DNA from: an uncultured Acidobacteriota bacterium
GTDB lineage: Bacteria > Acidobacteriota > Vicinamibacteria > Vicinamibacterales > Fen-181
Direction of reading: 5' to 3'
Length of the DNA stretch: 64,000 nucleotides
Assembly: GCA_963717945.1 (NCBI GenBank)
Contig: CAVQXT010000007.1
Coordinates: 1,092,662 to 1,156,661, forward strand
Positions 26,292 to 36,051 of the stretch are shown piece after piece. Made by a program: the position numbers and the translations under genes. The notes below the pieces were generated by a model. The model ran no database searches. It saw nothing but the letters and a program-made list of their open reading frames with translations, and had not been told where the DNA came from. The number at the start of each line of letters is the position of its first letter. Within the stretch, counting starts at the first letter, position 1.

Positions 26292-27709
26292 CCAGCGAAT
26301 CGCGCCCGCCCGCCACGGCACCGGACTGCGGGGAACAGGCGGCCATCGACCCGGTCGCCGTGCTTCGCGGCCTGGTTCACGCGTCGAAGCTGACCCGCCT
26401 CTATCCGCCGGGCCATCCGATCGTCCAGCAGAAGCTGACCGAGCTGGGATCCTCCATCGGAGGCTACCTCCAGAACAATCCCGTTCTGAACATCGACGTC
26501 GTGCGCCGAACCGTGCAGCTGGACGGCCTGCCCTTCGACGCCGGGGCCGAGCCGGCGCTTGATGACCTGGCGGCCATCGGCATCAACAGCGTCCATTTTC
26601 AGCGCGGGCTCGGGCCCGACGAACTCCGCCAGCTCGTGGAGTTGTTGCGCGAACTGCCCCCGAACGTCACCGGGGGAGAACCCATCGACGCCAGGCTTGC
26701 CGATCGCGGCGTCCGTCATGTCAGCCTGGGACGCCTGATCCCGCTGGACACGCGGTGGCAGTCACGGCAGTGGCCCGACGGCCCGACGGGTCCCCTCGAT
26801 CCGGACTACGCCGAGTCCCTGCGCCTGGCGCAGTCGACCTTCGAAGAGGTTGCCGCCGAAGGTACCGTGCAAGCGGCCGCGGTGCGGGAACTGGTGAATC
26901 TCCTGATCTACAAGGTCGCGACCAGCAGCGTGGCGCTCGCGCAGGTCCTGGCCATCAAGCAGTACGAGAACCTCACCTACTGCCACTCCGTGAATACCGC
27001 GATGCTCGCCTTGCTCCTGGGCAAGCAGCTGCGCCTCGGCGAGGAGACCATAGCGGGCCTGGTCGAGGCCGCGCTCCTGCACGACATCGGAAAGACCGGG
27101 ATCGCGCTCGAGGTCGTGATGAAGCCCGGGGCGCTCGACCCGCGCGAGCGGAAGCTGATCCAGGCGCACACGAAGATCGGCGCGGAGATCCTCGTGAACA
27201 CCCCGGGCCTGCACGCCCTGACTCCCATGATCTCCCTGGAGCATCACCGGACGACCAAAGGCGGCGGGTATCCGGACCTTGGCAATGGCGTCGTCCCGCA
27301 TGTTCTGAGCCAGGTCGTGTCGGTGGCGGACGTCTACGAGGCCGTCACCGGCGCGCGTCCGTATCGCGAGCCCATGCAGCCGGAGCAGGCCTGCCTGACG
27401 CTCGCGCGCGTCGCCGGGGAGTCGCTGAACACGGCCCTGGTCAAGTCGTTCATCAATGCCGTGACGTTCTTCCCGGTCGGCACCTTCGTGCGGACCTCCG
27501 AGAACGAGTTTGGCATCGTCGTCAGGACGACGTCCGGCGACGTCATGCACCCGGTCGTCGCAATCATCGACGAAGGGCTCAAGCGGACGGCGCGCGAAGT
27601 CGATACCAGCGAGCGCGACGCCTCCGGGACCTACCTGCGCCACATCGCCAAGACCGTCACGCCCGAAGCGTGCGGGCTGGATGCCGCTTCGGTGCTGACG
27701 GCGGCCTAG
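26288..27709 (+). CDS. HD-GYP domain protein
   Basis: TYCHSVN, LLHDIGK, EHHRTTKGGGYP, VADVYEA, RPYR; real start ATG 26288. Confidence 0.9.
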   Translation: MTSESRPPATAPDCGEQAAIDPVAVLRGLVHASKLTRLYPPGHPIVQQKLTELGSSIGGYLQNNPVLNIDVVRRTVQLDGLPFDAGAEPALDDLAAIGINSVHFQRGLGPDELRQLVELLRELPPNVTGGEPIDARLADRGVRHVSLGRLIPLDTRWQSRQWPDGPTGPLDPDYAESLRLAQSTFEEVAAEGTVQAAAVRELVNLLIYKVATSSVALAQVLAIKQYENLTYCHSVNTAMLALLLGKQLRLGEETIAGLVEAALLHDIGKTGIALEVVMKPGALDPRERKLIQAHTKIGAEILVNTPGLHALTPMISLEHHRTTKGGGYPDLGNGVVPHVLSQVVSVADVYEAVTGARPYREPMQPEQACLTLARVAGESLNTALVKSFINAVTFFPVGTFVRTSENEFGIVVRTTSGDVMHPVVAIIDEGLKRTAREVDTSERDASGTYLRHIAKTVTPEACGLDAASVLTAA

Positions 27710-27890
27710 CGCGCCGGGCTGCCAAGCGCGCCTCACCAGGCAGCACGGCTCGTCGAGCGGCGCGGAGACCGCTTGCCTGAGCCGCGCAACTGCGGGACAA
27801 TCCGGCCGGTCGGACCCGGCGCGCCGCCGTCAACGGCGCGCGCCCGGTTCTGAAGCCGGCTCCACACGCCGCAAGTGGTGAGAATCAGCC

Positions 27891-30077
27891 ATGAAGAAGC
27901 TGTTCGCGCTGGTCGTCTCTGCCTTCCTGGTCGGCGCCGCGCCGGCCCAGCGTTTCACCGGGTACACCGACAAGTCGGCAGACAGGGAGCGTGAGGTCGA
28001 ACAGACGCTCAAGTCCCTGCCGTCGCCGGAGCGGGTGCGCCAGTTCCACCGGTATCTCACCGCGGAACCGCACCCGGCCGGGTCCGAGCGCAATAACGAA
28101 CTCGCGCGCTACGTCGCCGCGGAGTGGAAGCGACAGGGATGGCAGGATGTCAGCATCCATCGCTACGACGTGTACGACTCCACCCCCCGCCAGGTCGCGG
28201 TGGAGATGGTCGAGCCGGTCCGCTACACCGCGGGGTTGCGCGAAGCCCCCTACGACGTCGATCCGGACACGAAGAATCCGCGCGTGAGCCGCGGCTACCT
28301 GGCCATGTCGGCGTCGGGCGAGGTGACGGCGCCGCTGGTGTACGCGCGCGGCGGCAACCCCGAGGACTACGACCTGCTCGAGAAGAACGGCATCGACGTC
28401 CGCGGCAAGATTGTCATCGTCCGCTACTCGAACCCCTACAGCTACCGCGGGTTCAAGGCGCTGACGGCGGAGCGTCGCGGCGCCGCGGCGCTCATCATCT
28501 ATTCCGATCCGGCGGAGGACGGCTACAAGCAGGGCGCGGTGTTCCCCGACGGTCCGTGGGGCCCGGAGACTCACTTCCAGCGCGGCGCCATCACCTACGA
28601 CTTCATCGTCCCCGGCGACCCGCTCACGCCCGGCTGGGCGTCGACGAAGGACGCGCGGCGGATCAAGCCCGAGGACGCCCTGTCGGTGCCGAAGATCATG
28701 GCGGCGGTGCTGTCGTGGCACGACGCGAAGCCGCTGCTCGAGCAGATGGACGGAGCCGAGGCGCCGAAGGACTGGCAGGGCGGCCTTCCCATCACCTACC
28801 GCCTCGGCGGCGGGCGGGTGAAGGTCCACCTCAAGGTGGACATGGACAACCGCGTCAAGCCGTACTACGTGGTGGAGGCCCGCCTGCGTGGCACCGAACT
28901 CGCCGACGAGTGGGTGCTCCTCGGCAATCACCGCGACGCGTGGGAGTTCGGCGGCGTCGATCCGTCGAGCGGCACCGCGTCCATGCTGGAGCTGACCCGG
29001 GCCCTTGGTGAGATGGCGAAGAAAGGGATCCGCCCGCGGCGGAGCATCATCGCCTGCAGCTGGGACGGCGAGGAGGTCGGCCTGACCGGCTCCACCGAGT
29101 GGGGCGAGCAGTTCGCCCCGGACCTCAAGCGAAAGCTCGTCGCCTACATCAACGTCGATTCCTCGGCGTCCGGCCCGGCGTTCCAGGCCAGCGCGGTCGG
29201 CTCGCTGGCGCCGTTGCTCGTCGAGGTCAGCCGCTCGCTCGACGATCCGTCCGGCGCGTCGCTCTACGAGGCGTGGAAGAAGTCGGCGGCCGAGGACACG
29301 TCGCGATTCGCGGCCACCGGCGGCGGCGAGCGCAAGGCCGCGGTGGACGACGACTCGCTGGTGGACACACGCATCGGCAGTGGTTCGGATCACACCGTGT
29401 TTCTGAACGCGCTCGGCCGGCCGGTCGTCGGGCTGAGCTTCGACGGGCCGTACGGCGTCTATCACTCGATGTACGACGACTATTACTGGATCAATCACTT
29501 CGGCGATCCCGGCTACCGCTATCACACGCTGATGTCGAAGTTCTGGGGCGTGCTGGCGCTGCGATTGGCCAACGCCGATGTGCTGCCTTTCGACTTCGGC
29601 TTCTACGGCCGCGACATCGGGACGTTCCTGAACGAGCTGTGCGGCGCAGGGGACCCGGCCCGTGGGGCTGCAAGCCGGACGACTGGCGGGTGCCGGGCCG
29701 GAGATCTGGATCTCGGCCCCGCGATCGCCGCCGCCGGGGAGTTTGCCGGCGCGGGGCGCGCGTTGAAGCAGGCCATCGAGACGGCGCTCGCCGCCGGCCC
29801 GCTCGATCCGAAGAAGGCCGCCGCGCTCAACCGGCGCATCATGGACGTGGAGTCGAACTGGCTGTCCCCGGAAGGGATTCCGGGCCGCCCGTGGTTCAAG
29901 CACATGATCTACGCGGCGCGCTACACCTACGCCCACCTGGAGCTGCCCGGCGTCACCGAGGCCGTCGAGAAACAGGATTGGAAGACGGCCCGCGAGCAGA
30001 CGGATCGGCTGGTGGGTGCGCTGGCCCGGAACACGGCGCTCCTGCGCGACGCGCTGGCCGACCTGGAGCGACGCTGA
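27891..30077 (+). CDS. M28-family peptidase (glutamate carboxypeptidase II/transferrin-receptor-like, PA domain)
   Basis: GNHRDAW, GVDPSSG, WDGEE, GSGSDH, YHSMYD; signal peptide. Confidence 0.92.
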   Translation: MKKLFALVVSAFLVGAAPAQRFTGYTDKSADREREVEQTLKSLPSPERVRQFHRYLTAEPHPAGSERNNELARYVAAEWKRQGWQDVSIHRYDVYDSTPRQVAVEMVEPVRYTAGLREAPYDVDPDTKNPRVSRGYLAMSASGEVTAPLVYARGGNPEDYDLLEKNGIDVRGKIVIVRYSNPYSYRGFKALTAERRGAAALIIYSDPAEDGYKQGAVFPDGPWGPETHFQRGAITYDFIVPGDPLTPGWASTKDARRIKPEDALSVPKIMAAVLSWHDAKPLLEQMDGAEAPKDWQGGLPITYRLGGGRVKVHLKVDMDNRVKPYYVVEARLRGTELADEWVLLGNHRDAWEFGGVDPSSGTASMLELTRALGEMAKKGIRPRRSIIACSWDGEEVGLTGSTEWGEQFAPDLKRKLVAYINVDSSASGPAFQASAVGSLAPLLVEVSRSLDDPSGASLYEAWKKSAAEDTSRFAATGGGERKAAVDDDSLVDTRIGSGSDHTVFLNALGRPVVGLSFDGPYGVYHSMYDDYYWINHFGDPGYRYHTLMSKFWGVLALRLANADVLPFDFGFYGRDIGTFLNELCGAGDPARGAASRTTGGCRAGDLDLGPAIAAAGEFAGAGRALKQAIETALAAGPLDPKKAAALNRRIMDVESNWLSPEGIPGRPWFKHMIYAARYTYAHLELPGVTEAVEKQDWKTAREQTDRLVGALARNTALLRDALADLERR

Positions 30078-30193
30078 ATCGCGCCGCCTCGAGATGCAGC
30101 TGCGGCTCGGGTAGGGAGAGGTTCTGCCCTGCGGTCTGCCGTAGAATGGCCGGCAGGCGGCAATTGGCCGGACACGAGGCGTGGAGGTGGAGC

Positions 30194-32320
30194 ATGAGGG
30201 CATGGCGTGCCGTCGGGGCCGCGGTGGTGGCGGTGTTGCTGCTGGCGGCGGGCGCCGGGGCGCAGGAGTTCTCGCTCAACGACGCCATGTCGTTCCCGTT
30301 CGTCAGCGAGCTGACCAGCGCGCGGGCGGCGGACCGGATCGCCTGGGTGCGGATCGTGGGCGGCGTGCGCAACGTCTGGGTGGCGGATGGCCCCGGCTTC
30401 GTGCCACGGCAGGTGACCCGGTTCACCGACGACGACGGCCAGGAGTTGACGCAGGTCACGCTGTCTGCCGACGGCTCGATCCTCGTGTTCGTGCGAGGCG
30501 GGGACCACGACGCCAACTGGCCGGCGAAGGGCGGCCTGCAGCCGGACCCGACGTCGAGCCCGGTCGAGCCGAAGGTGATGCTGTGGACGGCGGACCCCGC
30601 CGGCGTCAGACGCGCCGCTCCGCTGGTGGAGGGCGATGCCCCGGCTGTGTCCGCCAAGGGAGTTCTCGCCTACCTGAAGGACGACAAGGTCTGGACCGTC
30701 AAGCTCGATGGCACGGACGCCCGGCGCCTGTTCTTCGACCGCGGCAAGGACCGGGACCTCGCCTGGTCGCCCGACGGCAGCAGGCTCGCCTTCGTGTCCG
30801 GCCGCGACGACCACTCGTTTGTCGGCGTCTACACCGCGGAGAGCGAACCGATCACGTGGCTGGCCCCTTCGACCGGGTACGACATCTCACCCGTCTGGTC
30901 GCCTGACGGGACGCGCATCGCCTTCGTGCGTCTGCCCGGGCACGGTGGTCCGCCTGAGCCGCTGCTGAAGCCGACACCGCATCCGTGGGCGATCTGGACG
31001 GCAGACGCGTTCACGGGCGCGGGCCGGCCGGCCTGGAGGAGCCCCGAGACACTGCGTGGCTCGTTCCCCGACGTCGCGGGAGGGGCCAATCTGCACTGGG
31101 CGCAGGGCGGCAGGCTGACGTTCCTGGCGACGACCGACAACTGGCCGCACCTGTACGCGGTCGCCGAGACCGGCGGGGAAGCGCGTCTGCTGACGCCGGG
31201 CGAGTTCATGGTCGAAGACGTGTCACTCTCGCGCGACGGCGGGACGCTCGTCTACTCGGCCAACACCGGCAACAGTCCGGGCGACGACGACCGCCGTCAC
31301 CTGTTCCGCGTGTCGGTCGGCGGCGGGGCACCGGTGCAACTGACCAGCGGCGAGAGCCTCGAATGGGGCCCGGCGGCGCTGTCAGGTACCTTCGCATTCG
31401 TGAGTGCGGATGCCAGGCGGCCGGGTTCAACCGCAGTAGCGGACCTGACCGCGCCGCGGCCGCGCATCCTCGACGGCCAGTCCGCCCCGCCGGAATTCGC
31501 GGGGCCGCGCTTCGTTGTCCCGAAGCAGGTCACCTTCCGCGCGGCCGACGGCCTGCTCATCCACGGGCAACTGTTCCAGCGCGAGGACGGCGCCGCCCGG
31601 AAGCCGGGCGTCGTCTTCGTCCACGGCGGACCGCCCCGGCAGATGATGCTGGGCTGGTCGTACATGCGTTATTACAGCAACGCCTACGCGATGAACCAGT
31701 ACCTGGCCGCGCACGGCTTCGTCGTCTTGTCGGTCAACTACCGGCTGGGCATCGGCTACGGCTACGACTTTCAGCATCCCGAGCACGCCGGCCCGGCGGG
31801 GTCGTCGGAATACCAGGATGTCGTGGCGGGCGGACGATTCCTGCAACAGGCCGCGGGGGTGGACCCGGCGCGGATCGGCATCTGGGGCGGTTCGTACGGC
31901 GGGCTGCTGACGGCGCTGGGCCTCGCGCGCAACTCGGACCTGTTCCAGGCGGGCGTGGACCTGCACGGGGTCCACGACTGGCCGGCCGACGTCGCCGGCG
32001 AGATGGAGGACCTGAAAGGACGTTTCGAGAAGGGCGATCGCGCCGATGCCCTTGCCGTCGCCTGGCACGCGTCTCCGGTCGCCGACGTCGAGCACTGGAC
32101 GTCGCCGGTGCTGCTGATCCACGGCGACGACGACCGGAACGTCCCGTTCAACCAGACCGTGGACCTGGCGCGACGCCTGCAGGCCCGGGGCGTCGCGTAT
32201 GAGGAACTGGTGCTGCCCGACGAGATACACGACTTCCTCCGCCACGCGAGCTGGCTGAGGGCCTACGCCGCCGCCGCCGAATTCTTCACCCGCAAGCTGG
32301 CGGCGCCGGGCGCGAAGTAG
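30194..32320 (+). CDS. S9-family prolyl oligopeptidase/acylaminoacyl peptidase with beta-propeller
   Basis: VHGGP, GGSYGG nucleophile, HGDDDRNV, DEIH; WSPDG repeats; GGAGG RBS. Confidence 0.92.
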   Translation: MRAWRAVGAAVVAVLLLAAGAGAQEFSLNDAMSFPFVSELTSARAADRIAWVRIVGGVRNVWVADGPGFVPRQVTRFTDDDGQELTQVTLSADGSILVFVRGGDHDANWPAKGGLQPDPTSSPVEPKVMLWTADPAGVRRAAPLVEGDAPAVSAKGVLAYLKDDKVWTVKLDGTDARRLFFDRGKDRDLAWSPDGSRLAFVSGRDDHSFVGVYTAESEPITWLAPSTGYDISPVWSPDGTRIAFVRLPGHGGPPEPLLKPTPHPWAIWTADAFTGAGRPAWRSPETLRGSFPDVAGGANLHWAQGGRLTFLATTDNWPHLYAVAETGGEARLLTPGEFMVEDVSLSRDGGTLVYSANTGNSPGDDDRRHLFRVSVGGGAPVQLTSGESLEWGPAALSGTFAFVSADARRPGSTAVADLTAPRPRILDGQSAPPEFAGPRFVVPKQVTFRAADGLLIHGQLFQREDGAARKPGVVFVHGGPPRQMMLGWSYMRYYSNAYAMNQYLAAHGFVVLSVNYRLGIGYGYDFQHPEHAGPAGSSEYQDVVAGGRFLQQAAGVDPARIGIWGGSYGGLLTALGLARNSDLFQAGVDLHGVHDWPADVAGEMEDLKGRFEKGDRADALAVAWHASPVADVEHWTSPVLLIHGDDDRNVPFNQTVDLARRLQARGVAYEELVLPDEIHDFLRHASWLRAYAAAAEFFTRKLAAPGAK

Positions 32321-32329
32321 GGGAGTCCC

Positions 32330-32438
32330 GAGGCAGCCACATGGCGATGGCGTCGGGTTCGAGCAACGCGGGGTAGACGCGTTCGGGCGACGCCCGAAGC
32401 ACGCGGTGGAGCCGCACGGTGTTGGTCGTCGTGGGCAT
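32330..32438 (-). pseudogene. N-terminal fragment of an SRPBCC/AHSA1-family gene
   Basis: MPTTTNTVRLHRVLRASPERVYPALLEPDAIAMWLP matches the family N-terminus, then breaks off at the convergent S9 gene end. Confidence 0.7.
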
Positions 32439-32492
32439 GGGGGGGTGCCCCTCACTGATTCCATGTGACTGCGTCACGAGCATGGGCAGGCC

Positions 32493-32706
32493 CTGACCCA
32501 TGAAAGCGGCCTCTGCGGAGCACGGCGCCGCGCGCGGCGGCCGCAGCCATCGAACGCCACGTCTCGGGTCTGCCGCTTCGCAAAGCGGCCCCTCCATCGT
32601 GGAACGGTCGGGGCAGGTTTACGCTTTGCTTCGGGCAGATCCCTGCGACGCGGCATAGGGCCGATCGGGCCGCCGTGCTGCGGCGCCTTGTTCTGCGCGC
32701 GGCTCA
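32493..32706 (-). repeat. About 215-bp structured dispersed repeat, copy 1 (MITE or ncRNA candidate)
   Basis: Reverse complement aligns with 51814-52033; two identical blocks of about 35 nt. Confidence 0.85.
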
Positions 32707-33172
32707 ACGCGAGGCGCCGCGATTCCTGGGTTCGCCGAACTGCGGGCGCCTCGTCCTCGCGGTCCGGCTCACGATTCCGAATCGCGGGCGCTTGCGCTGG
32801 ACGTTGAAGCGAAGGAACCCCCGCTCGCCATGCGTGCTGCCTGGACGCCTCGCGCCTCAACGCGCTTCAGCGCCACTACAACGGGCTTGCACTCGTATCA
32901 TGAGAGCGCGAGAACTAACACGCCCGAGCCGATTCCAGGACGCCCGCGGGCCCGTGCCGCGGCGTCGCCTTCACACTTGCCCATGCGCTCCCGCTCGCGG
33001 CGGCCGCCGGTTTCGCGGACACAGGCCGGACAGTTGCCGGGCGCGGGTTGAGTGCGATCCTCGAGAAGCGGGAAGCGGCGTCGTGATCACCTAGAGCAAC
33101 ATGGAGGCAGGTGCACCCTTGGGGCGTTGCGCCTGGCGCGGAACTCGGGGCGACCCCGAGCGTCGAAGTAAC

Positions 33173-33271
33173 CGATTGACAGGCGTCAGTTCCGATCCCT
33201 CGAGCGACAGGTCCGATCCCTCGGGCGACAGGTCCGATTCCTCATCGAAGATCTCGATTGATAGGCGTCAG
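33173..33271. repeat. 21-bp tandem units (TCCGATCCCTCGRGCGACAGG x2.5) flanked by CGATTGAYAGGCGTCAG direct repeats
   Basis: Read directly at 33173-33189, 33191-33243 and 33255-33271. Confidence 0.75.
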
Positions 33272-33331
33272 ACCCGATTACCGGAGCCCGCCCGGGGTGA
33301 GGGACAAGGTCGGTGGAGGAGTGTCTGTGAA

Positions 33332-33460
33332 GTCCGCCTTCGCGACGCTGCGCGTGGCCCGGAGTGCTCGCGTCGCTACGGCGAGACAGCCTTCGCATGC
33401 GACCGGCTTGCCAAGCCGAAGCTCCCCCGAGGGTCGAGCAAGCCGAGGGGGAGCGAAGGC
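33332..33460. repeat. REP-like hairpin cluster adjoining the original tRNA-Leu 3' end
   Basis: CCGCCTTCGC...GCTACGGCG...CAGCCTTCGC...GCGAAGGCTG nested inverted repeats. Confidence 0.6.
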
Positions 33461-33520
33461 TGGTGCCGGAGGAGGGAATTGAACCCACACTCCCCTTGCG
33501 GAGAACGGGATTTTGAGTCC
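33461..33520 (-). repeat. att site: displaced 3' 60 bp of tRNA-Leu(CAA)
   Basis: Identical to 38376-38435. Confidence 0.97.
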
Positions 33521-33657
33521 GCGGTGTATTGCTGGAAAGCATTAGCCATCAGGTATTTACAGAATATTTCACAAAAGTCAGAACTGCCACATACAAAACT
33601 GCTTTCCCTCTTGTATCATCTCCTCGTTCGCTTCCTTCCTGTTGGAGACGATGAGTA

Positions 33658-34842
33658 GTGCCAAGAACGAAGGTCACGGAACAGCACAGGCATCCGAAGT
33701 TCCCCCGTCTCGTCATCGACCTGCGGACCAACTCACGTTTCTACCAGGCTCGCACGTTCCTTGACGGGAAACTCGTTCAGAAATCCACGAAGACAACTAA
33801 CCTCCCAACGGCGTTCAAACTGGCGGAGGACTGGTACAGGCGGTTGCTCCGTGCGTCCGTGTCGTTTGGGATGGCGCATCCGATTGCGAGATTGACGGCG
33901 GACCCCACGATGGCGGAGGTGTTCTCCACGTATCGCACGGGACTCTCTGCCAAGAAGCAGGCATACGCTGCCCAGAAGTGGGGACCGATTGCCGACTACT
34001 GGAAGGCGCTGCTGGTACGGGAGGTTTCTACTCAGACGTTCCGTGACTTCTTCGTGTGGCGGAGACGCAAGCACGTCTCCAATCACACGCTTCACAAGGA
34101 CGTGGTGCTGGTCCGCCAGGTTCTCAAACGAGCGTTGGAGGACCAGCAACTGACCGCACTTCCGCTCATTCCCAAGGTCGGAGAAATCGACAAGAACCCT
34201 CGACCCTGGCTGACTCCTGCCGAATGGCGAGTGCTGTTGCGAGCGTCTGAGAAGAGGATTCGTGCCGCTGCGAGCAACAAACGACTCCGACAGCAACGGC
34301 AGGATACCCACGACCTGATGGTGTTTCTCGTCCATTCGATGTGCCGCGTGGGAGAAGTCCTCTCATTGCGATTCCGTGATTGTCGCCTCGACAAGAACGA
34401 GGACGGAGACAAGTGCCTGATCTGCGAGGTGTCTGGGAAGAGGGGCATTCGCACGGTGGTGGCTCTCTTGGGCGCTGCGTCCGTCTATGAGCGTCGGCTG
34501 AAACAGGCGAACGACAGGGACGCGCTCATTTTCCCCGAGCATCACAGGGACGCATTCCGTGAATTGCTCGAAGCGGCACATCTGCGGACGGACCCGAAGT
34601 CGGGCTTTGAACGGAACTACAAGTCGCTGCGTGCCACGTCGATTAGTTATCGGATTCTCAACAACCCCAATCTGAACTTGCAGGTGATTGCGCGAAATGC
34701 TGGAACGTCGGTGGTGATGATTGACGAGTTCTACGCGAAGCGGCTGACCGCAGAGATGAACAAGGACGCTTTGTCTTCGATTCCCAAACGGCAGGCTCGG
34801 AACGCGACCGCGGAGACGCGGGGCGTGGGTAGGAGGGACTGA
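33658..34842 (+). CDS. Tyrosine recombinase/integrase
   Basis: MCRVGE (R), SGKRG (K), KSLRAT (variant HxxR), NAGTS...EFYAK (Y); N-terminal arm-binding-like segment. Confidence 0.9.
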   Translation: MPRTKVTEQHRHPKFPRLVIDLRTNSRFYQARTFLDGKLVQKSTKTTNLPTAFKLAEDWYRRLLRASVSFGMAHPIARLTADPTMAEVFSTYRTGLSAKKQAYAAQKWGPIADYWKALLVREVSTQTFRDFFVWRRRKHVSNHTLHKDVVLVRQVLKRALEDQQLTALPLIPKVGEIDKNPRPWLTPAEWRVLLRASEKRIRAAASNKRLRQQRQDTHDLMVFLVHSMCRVGEVLSLRFRDCRLDKNEDGDKCLICEVSGKRGIRTVVALLGAASVYERRLKQANDRDALIFPEHHRDAFRELLEAAHLRTDPKSGFERNYKSLRATSISYRILNNPNLNLQVIARNAGTSVVMIDEFYAKRLTAEMNKDALSSIPKRQARNATAETRGVGRRD

Positions 34843-34847
34843 CGGCT

Positions 34848-35825
34848 ATGAGACGCGGGCTCCGTCGCAGGGTTCTGGTCTTGCTGGTTCTGGTTGCGGG
34901 GCTATGCTGCGCGTGCGGTGGCGGTCCCACGTTCGTCATCTCGCCCCAATTCGATTGGGCTGATCGATTCAGCGAAGGGCTCGCGGCGGTCCGCATAGGC
35001 GACGGCGAGACGGGTAAGTGGGGCTACATCGACAAGCAGGGCAGATTGGCGATAGCCGCGAATTTCGGTGCGGCAACGGCGTTCAGCGAGGGGCTCGCGG
35101 CGGTCCGCGTCGGAGACGAGAGGACGGGCAAGTGGGGCTACATCGACAGGGATGGCAAGTTCGTCCTGGGGGCGCAATTCGACTGGGCTGGTCCATTCAG
35201 CGAAGGACTTGCCCAGTTGAGGGTCGGCGAGCAACTCACGGGCAAGTGGGGCTATATCGACAAACAAGGCAGGACGGTGATTGCGGCGACGTTTGACCAC
35301 GGATACCAGTTCAGCGAAGGGCTTGCTGCGGTCGGCGTCGGGAAGAACGCGGTTGGAAACTGGGGCTTCATCGACAAACAGGGCAAGGTCGTGATCGACC
35401 TCCGATTCTACATCGCAGGCAATTTCAGCGAGGGACTTGCGGCGGTGGCGGTTGGCGATATCGATCACTGGGGCTACATTGACGGGCAAGGAAACATCGT
35501 CGTCCAATCGCAGTTCGAGTCGGTGCTTCCTTTCCGCGACGGCGTCGCGGCGGTACGCTCAAAGAAGTTGGGCAAGTGGGGATACATCGACAAGCACGGC
35601 AAGGTGGTCATCGACTTTCAGTTTGACTGGGTGGATTCATTTAGCGAGGGACTCGCTCCTGTCCTCACCGTTGTCCGCCAGAAAGACCGCTGCGGTTACA
35701 TCGACAAGCAGGGGAAATACGTGATATCGGCGCAGTTTGTTGCCGCGGAGCCGTTCAGCGAAGGACTCGCGGGGGTCTATGTCGGGGACGAACGCACCTA
35801 CAAGGGCGGGTACATCTCTCGGTAG
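34848..35825 (+). CDS. WG-repeat (KWG-type) probable lipoprotein
   Basis: About 7 units of FSEGLAAV...GKWGYIDKQG; basic then hydrophobic leader ending CACGGG. Confidence 0.9.
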   Translation: MRRGLRRRVLVLLVLVAGLCCACGGGPTFVISPQFDWADRFSEGLAAVRIGDGETGKWGYIDKQGRLAIAANFGAATAFSEGLAAVRVGDERTGKWGYIDRDGKFVLGAQFDWAGPFSEGLAQLRVGEQLTGKWGYIDKQGRTVIAATFDHGYQFSEGLAAVGVGKNAVGNWGFIDKQGKVVIDLRFYIAGNFSEGLAAVAVGDIDHWGYIDGQGNIVVQSQFESVLPFRDGVAAVRSKKLGKWGYIDKHGKVVIDFQFDWVDSFSEGLAPVLTVVRQKDRCGYIDKQGKYVISAQFVAAEPFSEGLAGVYVGDERTYKGGYISR

Positions 35826-35889
35826 AGAGGACGGTTGGTTGGGCGCTCGCAACAGAGCGACCCGATCGGGCTTGCGGTCAGTCGGCGCC

Positions 35890-36051
35890 TCACTTCCCCT
35901 GGTCCGACGACGAAGAGATAGTCACTCGGACGCGGTCCTTCCTCCCTGTGCGGGCTTGGCGGATTACCTTTGCGATTTCCTCCAACTGAATGCGGACTAC
36001 TTGGTCCGTGGCGTTCGGTGGAATCTCCACGGTCTGCGGTTTGCTGGTCAT
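35890..36051 (-). CDS. Hypothetical 53-aa basic protein, last gene of the Rep operon
   Basis: Not in ORF track. MTSKPQTVEIPPNATDQVVRIQLEEIAKVIRQARTGRKDRVRVTISSSSDQGK; ATGA overlap with the RHH gene. Confidence 0.6.
   Translation of the reverse strand: MTSKPQTVEIPPNATDQVVRIQLEEIAKVIRQARTGRKDRVRVTISSSSDQGK

Noticed and set aside
33461-33520. Second tRNA-Leu gene
   Set aside because: Only the 3' 60 nt are present; the D-arm and 5' acceptor strand are missing, so it is an att site
34930-35820. Regularly spaced DNA repeats (TTCAGCGAAGGG..., AAGTGGGGCTACATCGAC) as an array or diversity-generating cassette
   Set aside because: They are in-frame WG peptide repeats with mostly synonymous variation; no reverse transcriptase nearby
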